NCBI GenBank assembly: GCA_050486505.1
Contig: JBJHDK010000003.1
Coordinates: forward strand, 8,287 to 72,286
Source: Fibrobacteria bacterium
GTDB lineage: Bacteria > Fibrobacterota > Fibrobacteria > UBA11236
Direction: 5' to 3'
Length of the DNA stretch: 64,000 nt
Below the pieces are notes generated by a model. The model saw only the letters and a program-made list of their open reading frames with translations. It was not told where the DNA came from and ran no database searches. A program made the position numbers and the translations under genes. How positions within the stretch are numbered: the first letter of the stretch is position 1; each line of letters opens with the position of its first letter. Of this stretch, positions 29,382 to 38,818 are shown one piece after another.

Positions 29382-30701
29382 ATGAAATTTTCCTTCCCAA
29401 GAACCTCCGGGGCATTCAAAATCCTCTGTCCCGCACTTGTGCTTGCAGTCGCGTCGCAGGCTCAACCGGGGTATGTCAGCCCCCTGACGGGGTCCCTGAA
29501 CACCCACGATCCCGTGATCATGAAGCAGGACAGCATCTACTACCTGTTCCACACGGGAAACGGGGCGCAGATCAAGCGATCCACGAACCGGGTGCATTGG
29601 GAAACCGGGAGCCCCGACAGGGTGATCCCCCAGGGTGGAAACCCCGAATGGCAGGCGAAGTACTCGACCGCCAACAGCATGTGGGCTCCCGCTATCGCGC
29701 ACTGGGGAGGCAAGTATTGGTTGTACTACTCAATGTCGAACTTCGGATCGCGGCGATCGGCGATCGGCTTGCGAACGAACACGACCTTGCATCAGGACGA
29801 TCCTGCCTATGAGTGGGTGGATCAAGGCATGGTGGTTTGCACCTATGACAACGCTACCACCCATCCCGAGTGTTTTCACGCTCCCACCCAGAGCGTGACC
29901 TCCAATAACGATTCGGCCTTCAATGCGATCGACCCGGACATCTTCATCGATGACGACGGCAGCATATGGCTGTCATTCGGTTCGTTCGGCGCCGGAATCC
30001 AGTTGATCAGGCTCAATCCCGAAACGGGGAAGCCCTATCCTCCCGAGATGCGTCCGTTCATTCCCGGCTCGGAACGGCGCACCATCGCTCACCGCTACCA
30101 CACGCCTGCAGGTTCCGGTTACTTCCATTCCATTGAGGCTCCGGTGATTACCAAGCACGGGCCGTGGTATTATCTCTGGTATTCGCACGATCGTTGCTGC
30201 AACAGCGCGGGGAGCACCTACAAGATCAAGGTGACGCGCGCCGACAATGTCATGGGGCCCTATTTCGACAAGGACAGCAACATGGCCCACCCGCCCTACA
30301 GGGCGGGGGGAGCGACGACCGGAACCTGGCAGGCAGCCAATGCCGGGACGCTGGTGTCGCAGGGCGACTCCATCAACTGGGCTGCCACCGGCCACAATGA
30401 CATCTTCGTGGATAACGACACGGTCTTCCTCGTGAACCACGGCTATACCTGGCCGCAAGGACAGACACGCCTGATGATTCGCCCTTTGTACTGGGATGAG
30501 GACGGCTGGCCGACCCTCGACTCGACGCAGGGCGTTATCACGGCGCCCGTGGACACTTCGGTCGTTTCCGTAAGGGGGGCCCCTGCCCATGGAGTTGCAC
30601 CCACGGGCAGGGGCAAGCCGTTGCACCGTGAAGGCGGCTCCCTGCTGGTTCCCTGGGAGGGCGGGGTGCGCGACTTGCTGGGGCGTGATCCCGTCAGATA
30701 A
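29382..30701 (+). CDS. Glycoside hydrolase family 43 (endo-arabinanase/xylosidase-like), secreted
   Basis: Signal peptide plus a GH43 N-terminus (HDPVIMKQDSIYYLFHTG) and a five-bladed propeller pattern. Confidence 0.8.
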   Translation: MKFSFPRTSGAFKILCPALVLAVASQAQPGYVSPLTGSLNTHDPVIMKQDSIYYLFHTGNGAQIKRSTNRVHWETGSPDRVIPQGGNPEWQAKYSTANSMWAPAIAHWGGKYWLYYSMSNFGSRRSAIGLRTNTTLHQDDPAYEWVDQGMVVCTYDNATTHPECFHAPTQSVTSNNDSAFNAIDPDIFIDDDGSIWLSFGSFGAGIQLIRLNPETGKPYPPEMRPFIPGSERRTIAHRYHTPAGSGYFHSIEAPVITKHGPWYYLWYSHDRCCNSAGSTYKIKVTRADNVMGPYFDKDSNMAHPPYRAGGATTGTWQAANAGTLVSQGDSINWAATGHNDIFVDNDTVFLVNHGYTWPQGQTRLMIRPLYWDEDGWPTLDSTQGVITAPVDTSVVSVRGAPAHGVAPTGRGKPLHREGGSLLVPWEGGVRDLLGRDPVR

Positions 30702-30751
30702 CCCCGGGCAGGCGCCCCTTCAGGATCCCCCCGCATCAGCTCCCCTGTGCC

Positions 30752-30805
30752 CTGGTCCTTGCATCGAAAAAGCCTCCGTGGGGAGGCTTTTTTGATGCAA
30801 GGACC
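30752..30805. terminator. Bidirectional terminator: extended palindrome GGTCCTTGCATC-G-AAAAAGCCTCC-gtgg-GGAGGCTTTTTT-GATGCAAGGACC
   Basis: Hairpin with A and T tracts on both sides, between convergent genes. Confidence 0.6.
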
Positions 30806-30815
30806 AGGTTTCGCT

Positions 30816-31313
30816 TCAGCCCCGGAACTCGGCTACGGCCGAGGTGAGCAGAATCCATCGGGGAGGGCGTTCGCCACGGTCGGCGGGGAAGTCCACCTGA
30901 ACCGAGAGACCGAGGCCGTACTTCAGTGCAACGGGCCGGTCGAGGCGGAAGGTGTTCGATTTGTCGGGCTTGGCGGCGTGATCTCCGAACAGTTCAACAT
31001 CATCCCAAGCCTGCAACAGATTCGCGCCGTCATAGAGATGCACAGCCGTGATCGGAGAGCGTGAAGTGTTGTGGTAGTAAAGGAAAACCCGGGTCAGCCG
31101 GGGCGTGCCGCCGTCGATCTGGTGGGGGATGGCGAAGGGAAGGTGGAACCAGTTGCTGGTGGATTCGCGTCCCCAGTAGGTGGAGCCCCAACCCTTGCGG
31201 GAGACCTCTTCGATGCGGGAGGGGTACTCGGGACGACTGGCGTTGCCGTGGACGGAGACGAGGGCCTTGACGGGCCCGCTTTCGACAGGGATCCGGGTTC
31301 GTGTGATGCGCAT
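30816..31313 (-). CDS. Hypothetical protein (165 aa), co-transcribed downstream of the cytochrome c gene
   Basis: ORF only, with no recognizable motifs. A 19-nt gap separates it from the upstream gene. Confidence 0.5.
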   Translation of the reverse strand: MRITRTRIPVESGPVKALVSVHGNASRPEYPSRIEEVSRKGWGSTYWGRESTSNWFHLPFAIPHQIDGGTPRLTRVFLYYHNTSRSPITAVHLYDGANLLQAWDDVELFGDHAAKPDKSNTFRLDRPVALKYGLGLSVQVDFPADRGERPPRWILLTSAVAEFRG

Positions 31314-31332
31314 GCGGTTAGTCTAACATTTT

Positions 31333-32343
31333 TCAGGGGTTCGCGCGTCCCGAGAACTCCGTTTCGGGTTGCAGCATGGGACCATTGTCGCGATAAACGG
31401 GATCCAGGCCTTGCAGGTAGCGGTACAGGGCGCGCAGGTCGGTTTCCGTCATGCGACGGTAATTACCCCATGGCATGGGGGAGTCTTCGTGCATCGATCC
31501 GGCCTGCATGCGCGCGACGAAGAAGTCCTCGTCCCAAAATGCGATGTGCCCGGTGGCTGAGTCCGGCGTCAGGTTGGGGCTGACGTACACCATGCCAGGT
31601 TGACCGCGCGCCCGGAACGGCATCCCTCCCGAGAGGGGGGCTCCCAGGAAGGCCCCCGTCTTGAGATTGCGCGGGGTGTGGCAAGATTCGCAGCGTCCCA
31701 CGACATGCGCGAGGTACTTCCCGTACTCCGCCGTGGCCTCAGGCGGAAAATTGCCGCGGATTTCCGCGGTGGGCCCGTAAGGCTCGAGGAAATAAGCGAG
31801 CGTGATTTTCCCCAGGATGTTGATGTCTTTCCGCGGCCCCACCCCCGGCTCGGGAGGGAGCGTTCGCAGGTAGGAGATGATGGCGACCAGGTCCGACTCG
31901 GCCATGTCGGCGTAGGCGTCCTTGAACGGCAGGGCGATGCGGCCCTCGCGGTTAACGCCCGTACGGATCAGGCGGGCGATCTCTCCGTCGCTCATGGTGC
32001 CGATGCCCGTCACCGTGTCGGGGGTGAGGTTGGGTGCCGTCCAGTCCCCGAGGAAGGTGATCTCGCCCGTGCCCCCGGTCAGCGGCACGATCTCGCCGCG
32101 GAACATGCGCTCCTTGGCGTGATCGGGCGCATGGCAGTCGGCGCAGTGCGCGGGGCCGTGCACGAGGTACTGTCCGCGCGCGATCACGTCGGGCTCGTAC
32201 ACCGCGCGCGTGTCGGGCAAGGGAACGTCCCAGGTGCGTTCGTAGGTGCGCAGGGCGTTCAGCACCAGGCCGGTGACGAGCACGAGCAGCACCGCTGCCG
32301 TCGCGGCAAGCGTAATTCCGGTGCGCTTGATCCAAAGTCTCAT
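31333..32343 (-). CDS. Membrane-anchored diheme cytochrome c
   Basis: Two CxxCH motifs (CADCHA, CESCHT) after an N-terminal TM helix. Start taken at MRLWIKRTG. Confidence 0.75.
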   Translation of the reverse strand: MRLWIKRTGITLAATAAVLLVLVTGLVLNALRTYERTWDVPLPDTRAVYEPDVIARGQYLVHGPAHCADCHAPDHAKERMFRGEIVPLTGGTGEITFLGDWTAPNLTPDTVTGIGTMSDGEIARLIRTGVNREGRIALPFKDAYADMAESDLVAIISYLRTLPPEPGVGPRKDINILGKITLAYFLEPYGPTAEIRGNFPPEATAEYGKYLAHVVGRCESCHTPRNLKTGAFLGAPLSGGMPFRARGQPGMVYVSPNLTPDSATGHIAFWDEDFFVARMQAGSMHEDSPMPWGNYRRMTETDLRALYRYLQGLDPVYRDNGPMLQPETEFSGRANP

Positions 32344-32709
32344 GCCGGGGTTCCGGGGATTGGGAGTGGGAAATCGGGAACAGGGAAGATACTGAAAATC
32401 CGCGCGTGTCCGAACCCCGAAAACCGCTCGGGCGCGGGGCGGGGCCCCGAAGTCCGGAAATTTTTTTTCGGGAGCTTTTCTGTTTGAACTCAAGGAGTTA
32501 CGGGGGTACCCTCCCTCGGCCCTGAATTTTTTCGGGGACGGGGAAATCCCTCAAAATCCCTTTGAAATCAAGGTTTTATGGCCTTTGCGGGACCTCTTCG
32601 AAGGCATTTCGGGCCTTGCAGGACCGGCAAATCAACAGATTAAATTGTCCAATGGAATGTCGCCGGATTCACCCCCGCCGGCGCCACGACATTCCCCGCA
32701 GGAGGCCAC

Positions 32710-35700
32710 ATGCGTTTTCAACGACTCTTCACCCGTGAAGGCAAGAACCCCTTCGACTCCGTGCAATATGCGTGGCGCAAGTCACAGGTGCGATCCCTCG
32801 ATGCATCCTCCTCTTCGGTGATGGACGTCGAAGTGCCTGAGTTCTGGTCGCAGACGGCCACCGACATTCTCGCGCAGAAGTACCTGCGCCGTCGCGACGT
32901 TCCCGCCGCCGCGGCGGGCAAGGACGGCAAGCCTTCCGCGACCGGCGGCGAGAACAGCGTGCGCCAGGTGGTCGACCGCCTCGCGGGTTGCTGGCGCCAC
33001 TGGGGTGAGCAACTGGGGTACTTCGACACACCTGCCGACGCGCAGGTGTTCTACGATGAGACCGTGCACATGCTCCTGCAGCAGATGGCGGCCCCCAACT
33101 CTCCTCAGTGGTTCAACACCGGCCTTCACTGGAAGTACGGCATCACCGGTTCCGCCCAAGGGCACTTCTACGTCGACCCCGCCGATGACCAGGTGAAGGC
33201 CTCCGGGGACGCCTACACGCGCCCGCAGCCGCACGCCTGCTTCATCCAGTCGGTGGACGACGACCTGCTCGGCGAGAACGGAGTGTTCTCGCTCCTGCAG
33301 CGCGAGGGGCGCATCTTCAAGTACGGCTCCGGCACGGGGACCAACTTCAGCGCCATCCGCGCGGCGGGCGAGCCGCTCGCGGGCGGCGGGGTTTCCTCGG
33401 GGCTGATGTCGTTCCTCAAGGTGTTCGACCGCGCCGCGGGCGCGATCAAGTCGGGCGGCACCACGCGCCGCGCCGCCAAGATGGTCTGCCTCGACCTCGA
33501 TCACCCCGAGATCGAGGAGTTCATCGACTGGAAGAGCCGCGAAGAGCAGAAGGTGGCGGCGCTGATGGCGGGATCCGCCCTGCTGCGTGCCGGTGATCAG
33601 GCCATGGCCCGCCAGGGCAAGGATGCGGCGGATCCCGCCATCGCGGGCGCGGAATTCGTGCCCGAGGGCGTCTGGGATCGTGACCGCGCGCTGTTGGCAC
33701 AGGGCCAGTCCCTCGGTGAACGGGAAGTCTACGACTCCCATTTCGAGGGGGAAGCCTACGTCACGGTGAGCGGGCAGAACTCCAACAATTCCGTGCGCGT
33801 GCCCAACGGGTTCCTTGATGCCGTGGACTCGGACGGAGACTGGAACCTGATCGGCCGCGTCGACGGGTCAGTCCGCAAGACGGTGAAGGCACGCAAGCTG
33901 TGGGACAGCATCGGGCGCGCGGCATGGAACTGTGCCGATCCCGGCGTGCAGTACGACGACCTTATCAACGAGTGGCACACCTGTCCCGCGGACGGACCCA
34001 TCCGCGCCTCGAACCCGTGCAGCGAGTACATGTTCCTCGACGACACGGCCTGCAACCTCGCCTCGCTCAACCTCGTGCGCTTTCAGAAGGAAGACGGCAC
34101 GCTCGACACGGAGCGCTTCGCGCACGCCGCACGCCTGTGGACGGTAGTGCTCGACGTATCCGTCGGCATGGCCCAGTTCCCCTCGCCGCAGATCGCGCGC
34201 AAGTCGTACGACTACCGCACCCTCGGTCTCGGTTACGCGAATCTGGGCGCGTTCCTGATGCGCGCCGGCATTCCCTACGATTCCCCCGAGGCGGCCGATT
34301 GGGCCGCGGCCATCACCGCGCAGCTGGGGGGCGAGTCGTACGCGACCTCGGCGGAGATCGCCGCCAACCTTGGCGCCTTCCCTCGCTTCGCTCCCAACCG
34401 CGACTCGATGCTGCGCGTCATGCGCAACCATGAGCGCGCGGCCCGCGCGGTGTCGGCCTCTGAGTACGAGGGTCTCTCGGTGATTCCGCGCGCCCTCTCC
34501 GGAGAGTTCTGTCCCGCGCCCATGGTGAAGGCCGCCCGCGAGTCGTGGGCGCGCGCCCTGAAGCTCGGCGAGAAGCACGGCTACCGCAATGCGCAGGTGA
34601 CTGTACTGGCGCCCACCGGCACCATCGGATTGCTGATGGATTGCGACACGACAGGCATCGAGCCCGACTTCGCCATGGTGAAATTCAAGAAGCTGGCGGG
34701 CGGCGGTTACTTCAAGATCGTGAACCGCTCCTTGCCCGTGGCCTTGCGTCATCTGGGGTATTCCCCCGAGGAGGCCGAGGCCGTGGAACGCTACTGCCTC
34801 GGCAGCGGGTCTCTCGAAGGGGCCCCCCACGTCAACAAGGCCACGCTCTCGGAACGCGGCTTCACGACCGACGTTCTGCTCAAGCTGGAGAAGGCCCTGC
34901 CGCTTTCGCTTTCGCTGGAGGATGCCTTCCACCCCCGCCTGTTGGGCACGGATTTCCTTGCTGGCCTCGGCGTCAGCCCGGTCGCCCTCGCGGGCGACGG
35001 CTACGACGTGCTCGAGTCGCTGGGATTCACCGACGAGCAGATCACCGCCGCAGATCTTCACATCTGCGGCGCGCAGACGGTGGAAGGCGCGCCCTCGCTC
35101 AAGCCCGAGCACTACCCGGTGTTCGACTGCGCGAGCAAGTGCGGCAAGGGCACGCGCATGATCGCGCCCATGGGGCACGTGCGCATCATGTCGGCTGCGC
35201 AGCCCTTTATTTCGGGCGCGATCTCCAAGACCGTTAACCTGTCCAACGAGGCGACGGTCGCCGACATCCAGGGAATTTATCGCGAGGGACACCGCGGCCT
35301 GCTCAAGGCCATTTCGATCTACCGCGACGGGTGCAAGCTTTCGCAACCGCTCAACGTGCGCAAGGAGCGCAAGAAGACGGTATCCTCCGGTGCTCCCGCT
35401 CCGGCGACGGCCCATGCGGTGGCGCGGCCCGGTGCCGCGACCGGCCCCATGCGGCGGCGGCTTCCGGCCCGTCGCGGCGGGTTCGTGCAGGAGATGACCG
35501 TGGGCGGTCACAAGTTGTTCCTGCGCACGGGGGAGTACCCTGACGGAGCGCTCGGGGAGATTTTCATCGACATGTACAAGGAGGGAGCGGGATACCGCGC
35601 CATCCTCAACTGTTTCGCCGTGCTGGCCTCGAAGGCCCTGCAATACGGGGTGCCGCTCGAGGAACTGGTCGACACGTTCACCTTCACGCGCTTCGAGCCG

Positions 35701-36045
35701 GCGGGGCCCGTCGAGGGGCACGACAACATCAAGAACTGCACGTCGCTGCTCGACCTGGTGTTCCGCACGCTGGGATTGTCGTACCTCGGCCAGACCGACT
35801 TCGTGCACCTGAAACCGGTCGAGGCGCCGGGTTCGCTGGCACCGACGCGCGCGCCGGAGCCGAAACCCGCTCCCGTGGCGGCGCCGACGCCGTCCGGGAC
35901 GCAGACGCGCGCCGAGGCGGCCGAGATGTCGCGCCGCGCGGGCTACACCGGCGACGGCTGCGGTTCGTGCGGGTCGATGCGCGTGCGCCGCAACGGCACC
36001 TGCGTGGTGTGCGAAGATTGCGGCACCACGAGCGGGTGTTCGTAG
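32710..36045 (+). CDS. nrdJ: Class II (adenosylcobalamin-dependent) ribonucleotide reductase
   Basis: Conserved blocks (NPCSEYMFLDDTACNLASLNL, SGAISKTVN, GCKLSQPLN) and a C-terminal Cys4 zinc ribbon (CGSCGS...CVVCEDCG). Confidence 0.9.
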   Translation: MRFQRLFTREGKNPFDSVQYAWRKSQVRSLDASSSSVMDVEVPEFWSQTATDILAQKYLRRRDVPAAAAGKDGKPSATGGENSVRQVVDRLAGCWRHWGEQLGYFDTPADAQVFYDETVHMLLQQMAAPNSPQWFNTGLHWKYGITGSAQGHFYVDPADDQVKASGDAYTRPQPHACFIQSVDDDLLGENGVFSLLQREGRIFKYGSGTGTNFSAIRAAGEPLAGGGVSSGLMSFLKVFDRAAGAIKSGGTTRRAAKMVCLDLDHPEIEEFIDWKSREEQKVAALMAGSALLRAGDQAMARQGKDAADPAIAGAEFVPEGVWDRDRALLAQGQSLGEREVYDSHFEGEAYVTVSGQNSNNSVRVPNGFLDAVDSDGDWNLIGRVDGSVRKTVKARKLWDSIGRAAWNCADPGVQYDDLINEWHTCPADGPIRASNPCSEYMFLDDTACNLASLNLVRFQKEDGTLDTERFAHAARLWTVVLDVSVGMAQFPSPQIARKSYDYRTLGLGYANLGAFLMRAGIPYDSPEAADWAAAITAQLGGESYATSAEIAANLGAFPRFAPNRDSMLRVMRNHERAARAVSASEYEGLSVIPRALSGEFCPAPMVKAARESWARALKLGEKHGYRNAQVTVLAPTGTIGLLMDCDTTGIEPDFAMVKFKKLAGGGYFKIVNRSLPVALRHLGYSPEEAEAVERYCLGSGSLEGAPHVNKATLSERGFTTDVLLKLEKALPLSLSLEDAFHPRLLGTDFLAGLGVSPVALAGDGYDVLESLGFTDEQITAADLHICGAQTVEGAPSLKPEHYPVFDCASKCGKGTRMIAPMGHVRIMSAAQPFISGAISKTVNLSNEATVADIQGIYREGHRGLLKAISIYRDGCKLSQPLNVRKERKKTVSSGAPAPATAHAVARPGAATGPMRRRLPARRGGFVQEMTVGGHKLFLRTGEYPDGALGEIFIDMYKEGAGYRAILNCFAVLASKALQYGVPLEELVDTFTFTRFEPAGPVEGHDNIKNCTSLLDLVFRTLGLSYLGQTDFVHLKPVEAPGSLAPTRAPEPKPAPVAAPTPSGTQTRAEAAEMSRRAGYTGDGCGSCGSMRVRRNGTCVVCEDCGTTSGCS

Positions 36046-36073
36046 GAACATGAGCGGCGATCAAGTTGAGGTG

Positions 36074-36112
36074 AAGCGGGGGGCCGGAGTGCCGCCCGCT
36101 TCCTTTTGGGGA
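36074..36112 (+). terminator. Terminator hairpin (GAAGCGGG-gggccggagtgccg-CCCGCTTC followed by CTTTTGGGG)
   Basis: Between the convergent nrdJ and dsbD-like genes. Confidence 0.5.
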
Positions 36113-36139
36113 CGCTTTGCGGGATGGCCCGCGGCCCGT

Positions 36140-37402
36140 TCAGTTCGCCGCGTTTAATGTGCCGAGCACGATCCCGGGCGTGAGGATCTGCGGCAGCATC
36201 TTGTACTCCCGGCTGCCTTCCGGGTAATACACGTAGACCGGAATGCTGTTGCGACCGTAGCCGGCCAGCGTCTCCGTGATCACGGGATCAGAGTTGGTCC
36301 AGTCGGCCTTCAGCGCCACGATCTCCGCCTCCGCGAATGCCCGCACCACCTCGGGGCGGTTCAGCGCCACGCGCTCGTTCACCTTGCAGGTCAGGCACCA
36401 GTCGGCCGTGAAGTCGATGAACACGGCTTTGCCGTCGCCGAGCGCAGCCTCAAGCACTTCGGGGCTGAACGGTGCCCAGGCGATGGCATTCGCCCGCGTC
36501 GCATCGCCCGTTGTTCCTGCGGCGGGAGCGGCGGCGGCCGAGACGAACGTCTCGCGCTTCTGCACGCCGTCGAGGACCCACAACAAAGTCGGCGTGAAGA
36601 TCACCACGGCGACGAGGGCGGCGGTGAGGCGCACGCGGCCGGGATGATGCAGGGCCATCCATGTGCCCACGACCCAGGCGCTCAGGCCCACGGCGAGGAA
36701 CAGTCCAAGCAACATGGCCATGGTGTCGATGTCGGTCTGGCGGCCGAAGATCCACGCCAGCCAGATCACGGTGGCCAGCAGCGGGAAGCCCATGAACTGT
36801 TTGAGGTGCTCCATCCACGGGCCGGGCTTGGGGAGGAAGCGCGCCAGACCCGGTGCGGCGGAGAGCAGCAGGTAGGGGAACGACACCCCGAGCGCCAGGA
36901 AGGTGAAGACCAGCAGGGAGACGGCGTTGCTCTGCGTGAACCCGTAGGCCAGCGCGGTGCCCATGAAGGGGCCCGTGCAGGGAGTCGCGACGATGGTGGC
37001 CGTCACGCCCGCGAGGAAGGATCCCCCCAATCCCTTGTTCTCGTCTCCGCGCCGCAGGCGGGTGAAGAGGTATCCCATCTCGAACACGCCGAAGAGATGC
37101 AGGCTGAAGAACAGGAAGAAGGCGCTGAGGACGACCAGGAATGCGGGGGATTGCAGCTGGAAGCCCCATCCCAGGCTCTGTCCGGCGCCGCGCAGGGCGA
37201 TGAGCAGGCCCGCCAATACCCAGAACGAGGTGACGGTGCCTGCCGTGAAGGCCAGGCCGTGCGCCAGCAGGTGGGATCGCTTGCGGTGGGCCCGCTGCAC
37301 GAAGTCGAAGATCTTCAGCGAGAGCACCGGCAAAACGCAGGGCATCAGGTTCAGGATGACACCGCCCGCGAAGGCCAGGGACAGGATGACGAGGAGTTCC
37401 AT
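36140..37402 (-). CDS. DsbD-like thiol:disulfide interchange protein (CcdA-type TM domain plus a C-terminal thioredoxin domain)
   Basis: TM Cys pair (PCVLP / TPCTGP) and thioredoxin motif WCLTCK. Confidence 0.8.
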   Translation of the reverse strand: MELLVILSLAFAGGVILNLMPCVLPVLSLKIFDFVQRAHRKRSHLLAHGLAFTAGTVTSFWVLAGLLIALRGAGQSLGWGFQLQSPAFLVVLSAFFLFFSLHLFGVFEMGYLFTRLRRGDENKGLGGSFLAGVTATIVATPCTGPFMGTALAYGFTQSNAVSLLVFTFLALGVSFPYLLLSAAPGLARFLPKPGPWMEHLKQFMGFPLLATVIWLAWIFGRQTDIDTMAMLLGLFLAVGLSAWVVGTWMALHHPGRVRLTAALVAVVIFTPTLLWVLDGVQKRETFVSAAAAPAAGTTGDATRANAIAWAPFSPEVLEAALGDGKAVFIDFTADWCLTCKVNERVALNRPEVVRAFAEAEIVALKADWTNSDPVITETLAGYGRNSIPVYVYYPEGSREYKMLPQILTPGIVLGTLNAAN

Positions 37403-37422
37403 GAGGTCTAAAGGTACTAGGA

Positions 37423-37483
37423 CCCCTTGTTAAGGGCGACCTCGTCACCCCGGCGAAGGCCGGGGAGGTCGCCCTTGCAGGGG
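37423..37483. repeat. REP-like palindrome copy 3 (CCCCTTG-TTAAGGGCGACCTC-gtcaCCCCGGCgaagGCCGGGGa-GGTCGCCCTT-GCAGGGG), with a half-site GTCGCCCTTAAC at 37515
   Basis: Nested perfect inverted repeats about 60 nt long, between the dsbD-like start and the rhodanese stop. Confidence 0.55.
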
Positions 37484-37521
37484 TTATCCGGTGATCGCAT
37501 GCAGGTGCGTTTGCGTCGCCC

Positions 37522-37836
37522 TTAACGTCCGTTCGGGTTGATTTCGTTCAACCAGGCGAGGATGCCGCCGGTGACGTTGTATCCGTTGGTGTAGCCCTGC
37601 TTTTTCAGGGCTTCGAGCGCGGTGCGGGAACGGCGCCCCGAGCGGCAGTAGATGTAGACCGGCTTGTCGCGGGGGACTTCCTGCCAGCGGGCTTCGAATT
37701 CGCTGAGGGGGATGAGCGTGCCACCCAGGTTGACTTCTTCGAACTCTTCCTGTTCGCGCACGTCGACCAGCACGGTGTCAGGGTTTCTTTCAAGCAACTC
37801 GCTCAATTCCAGCACCGAAATTTCATCTTCCACCAT
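37522..37836 (-). CDS. Rhodanese-domain protein (single domain)
   Basis: Active-site loop YCRSGRRS. Start taken at MVEDEIS. Confidence 0.75.
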   Translation of the reverse strand: MVEDEISVLELSELLERNPDTVLVDVREQEEFEEVNLGGTLIPLSEFEARWQEVPRDKPVYIYCRSGRRSRTALEALKKQGYTNGYNVTGGILAWLNEINPNGR

Positions 37837-38081
37837 GTTGCCTCCGAATGGCCGGGAGCCGGCCTGTTTTTGCAAAATTTCCCGGTTTTCCCTGAAATAT
37901 AGGCAGAACGGGAGGAAACGCAGGGGGAAGAGTCGGGGGGAGCCCCCGTGAAACGCTTCCCGGCGGGGGAATCGCGCGTTGAAATCCCGTCGTCGGGGAG
38001 TTAGGTTTTACTGCCTTAAAAATCGCATGATTTTGCGGAGTTTACAGGTTATTCGAGGACGCTAGGAAGCAAGGAAGCAAT

Positions 38082-38687
38082 ATGGCAGCAGGACCGAAGG
38101 TCAAAATTTCCCGTGCCTTGGGCATCGCCCTGACCCCCAAGGCCGCCCGCGTGATGGAGCGTCGCTCCTTCCCTCCCGGACAACACGGTCTGGCGCGCAA
38201 GAAGAGCCCGTCCACCTACAAGCTTCAGTTGCTTGAGAAGCAGCGCCTCAAGGCCACGTACGACGTGCCCGAGATGCAGCTCCGCAAGTACTACGAGCGA
38301 GCCACGCACAGCCACGAGTCGACCGGCACGGCCATGCTTGCCTTGCTCGAGACCCGTGCCGACGCGGCCATCTACCGCATGGGCTTCGCCCGCACCATCT
38401 ACGCCGCGCGCCAGTACATCGCGCACGGTCACTTCAGCATCAATGGCCGTCGCATCTTCACGGCCAGCCACCCGCTCAAGGTCGGCGACGTGATCGCGGT
38501 CGTGGAGAAGTCGAAGAACCATCCCCAGATCGTCGAGGCGCTCTCGCACTCCGGCAGCGTCGTGGTTCCCGACTACTACGAGGTCAACAAGGTCAAGATG
38601 GAAGGTCGCCTGGTGGCAAAGCCCCTGCGCGACCAGATCCCCGTGAAGCTCGCCGAGCAGCACGTGGTCGAATACTACTCGCGCTGA
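38082..38687 (+). CDS. rpsD: 30S ribosomal protein S4
   Basis: Canonical S4 N-terminus (PKVKISRALG...) and S4 domain. Confidence 0.9.
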   Translation: MAAGPKVKISRALGIALTPKAARVMERRSFPPGQHGLARKKSPSTYKLQLLEKQRLKATYDVPEMQLRKYYERATHSHESTGTAMLALLETRADAAIYRMGFARTIYAARQYIAHGHFSINGRRIFTASHPLKVGDVIAVVEKSKNHPQIVEALSHSGSVVVPDYYEVNKVKMEGRLVAKPLRDQIPVKLAEQHVVEYYSR

Positions 38688-38705
38688 TCCTGCATCCGCA
38701 ACCAA

Positions 38706-38739
38706 CAAAAAACCCTCCGCCTCAGGCGGAGGGTTTTTT
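38706..38739 (+). terminator. Rho-independent terminator (A6-CCCTCCGCC-tca-GGCGGAGGG-T6)
   Basis: Perfect hairpin flanked by A and T tracts after rpsD. Confidence 0.7.
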
Positions 38740-38818
38740 GTTGGGCGATTTCCGGGATCCCCTGCGAAGGCGTGGCGGCGCAGGGTTCCCCCGCGCTTTT
38801 GTCTTCCGGTCGATTCGT

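Noticed and set aside
32494-32709. Possible cobalamin riboswitch or NrdR box upstream of nrdJ.
   Set aside because: No B12-box (GCCACTG) and no recognizable NrdR palindrome were seen. A class II RNR would not be expected to be B12-repressed in any case.
32710-36045. Possible intein in the 1111-aa NrdJ.
   Set aside because: The translation is continuous with conserved RNR blocks throughout. There are no Hint/endonuclease motifs and no C(S/T)...HN splice-junction signatures.
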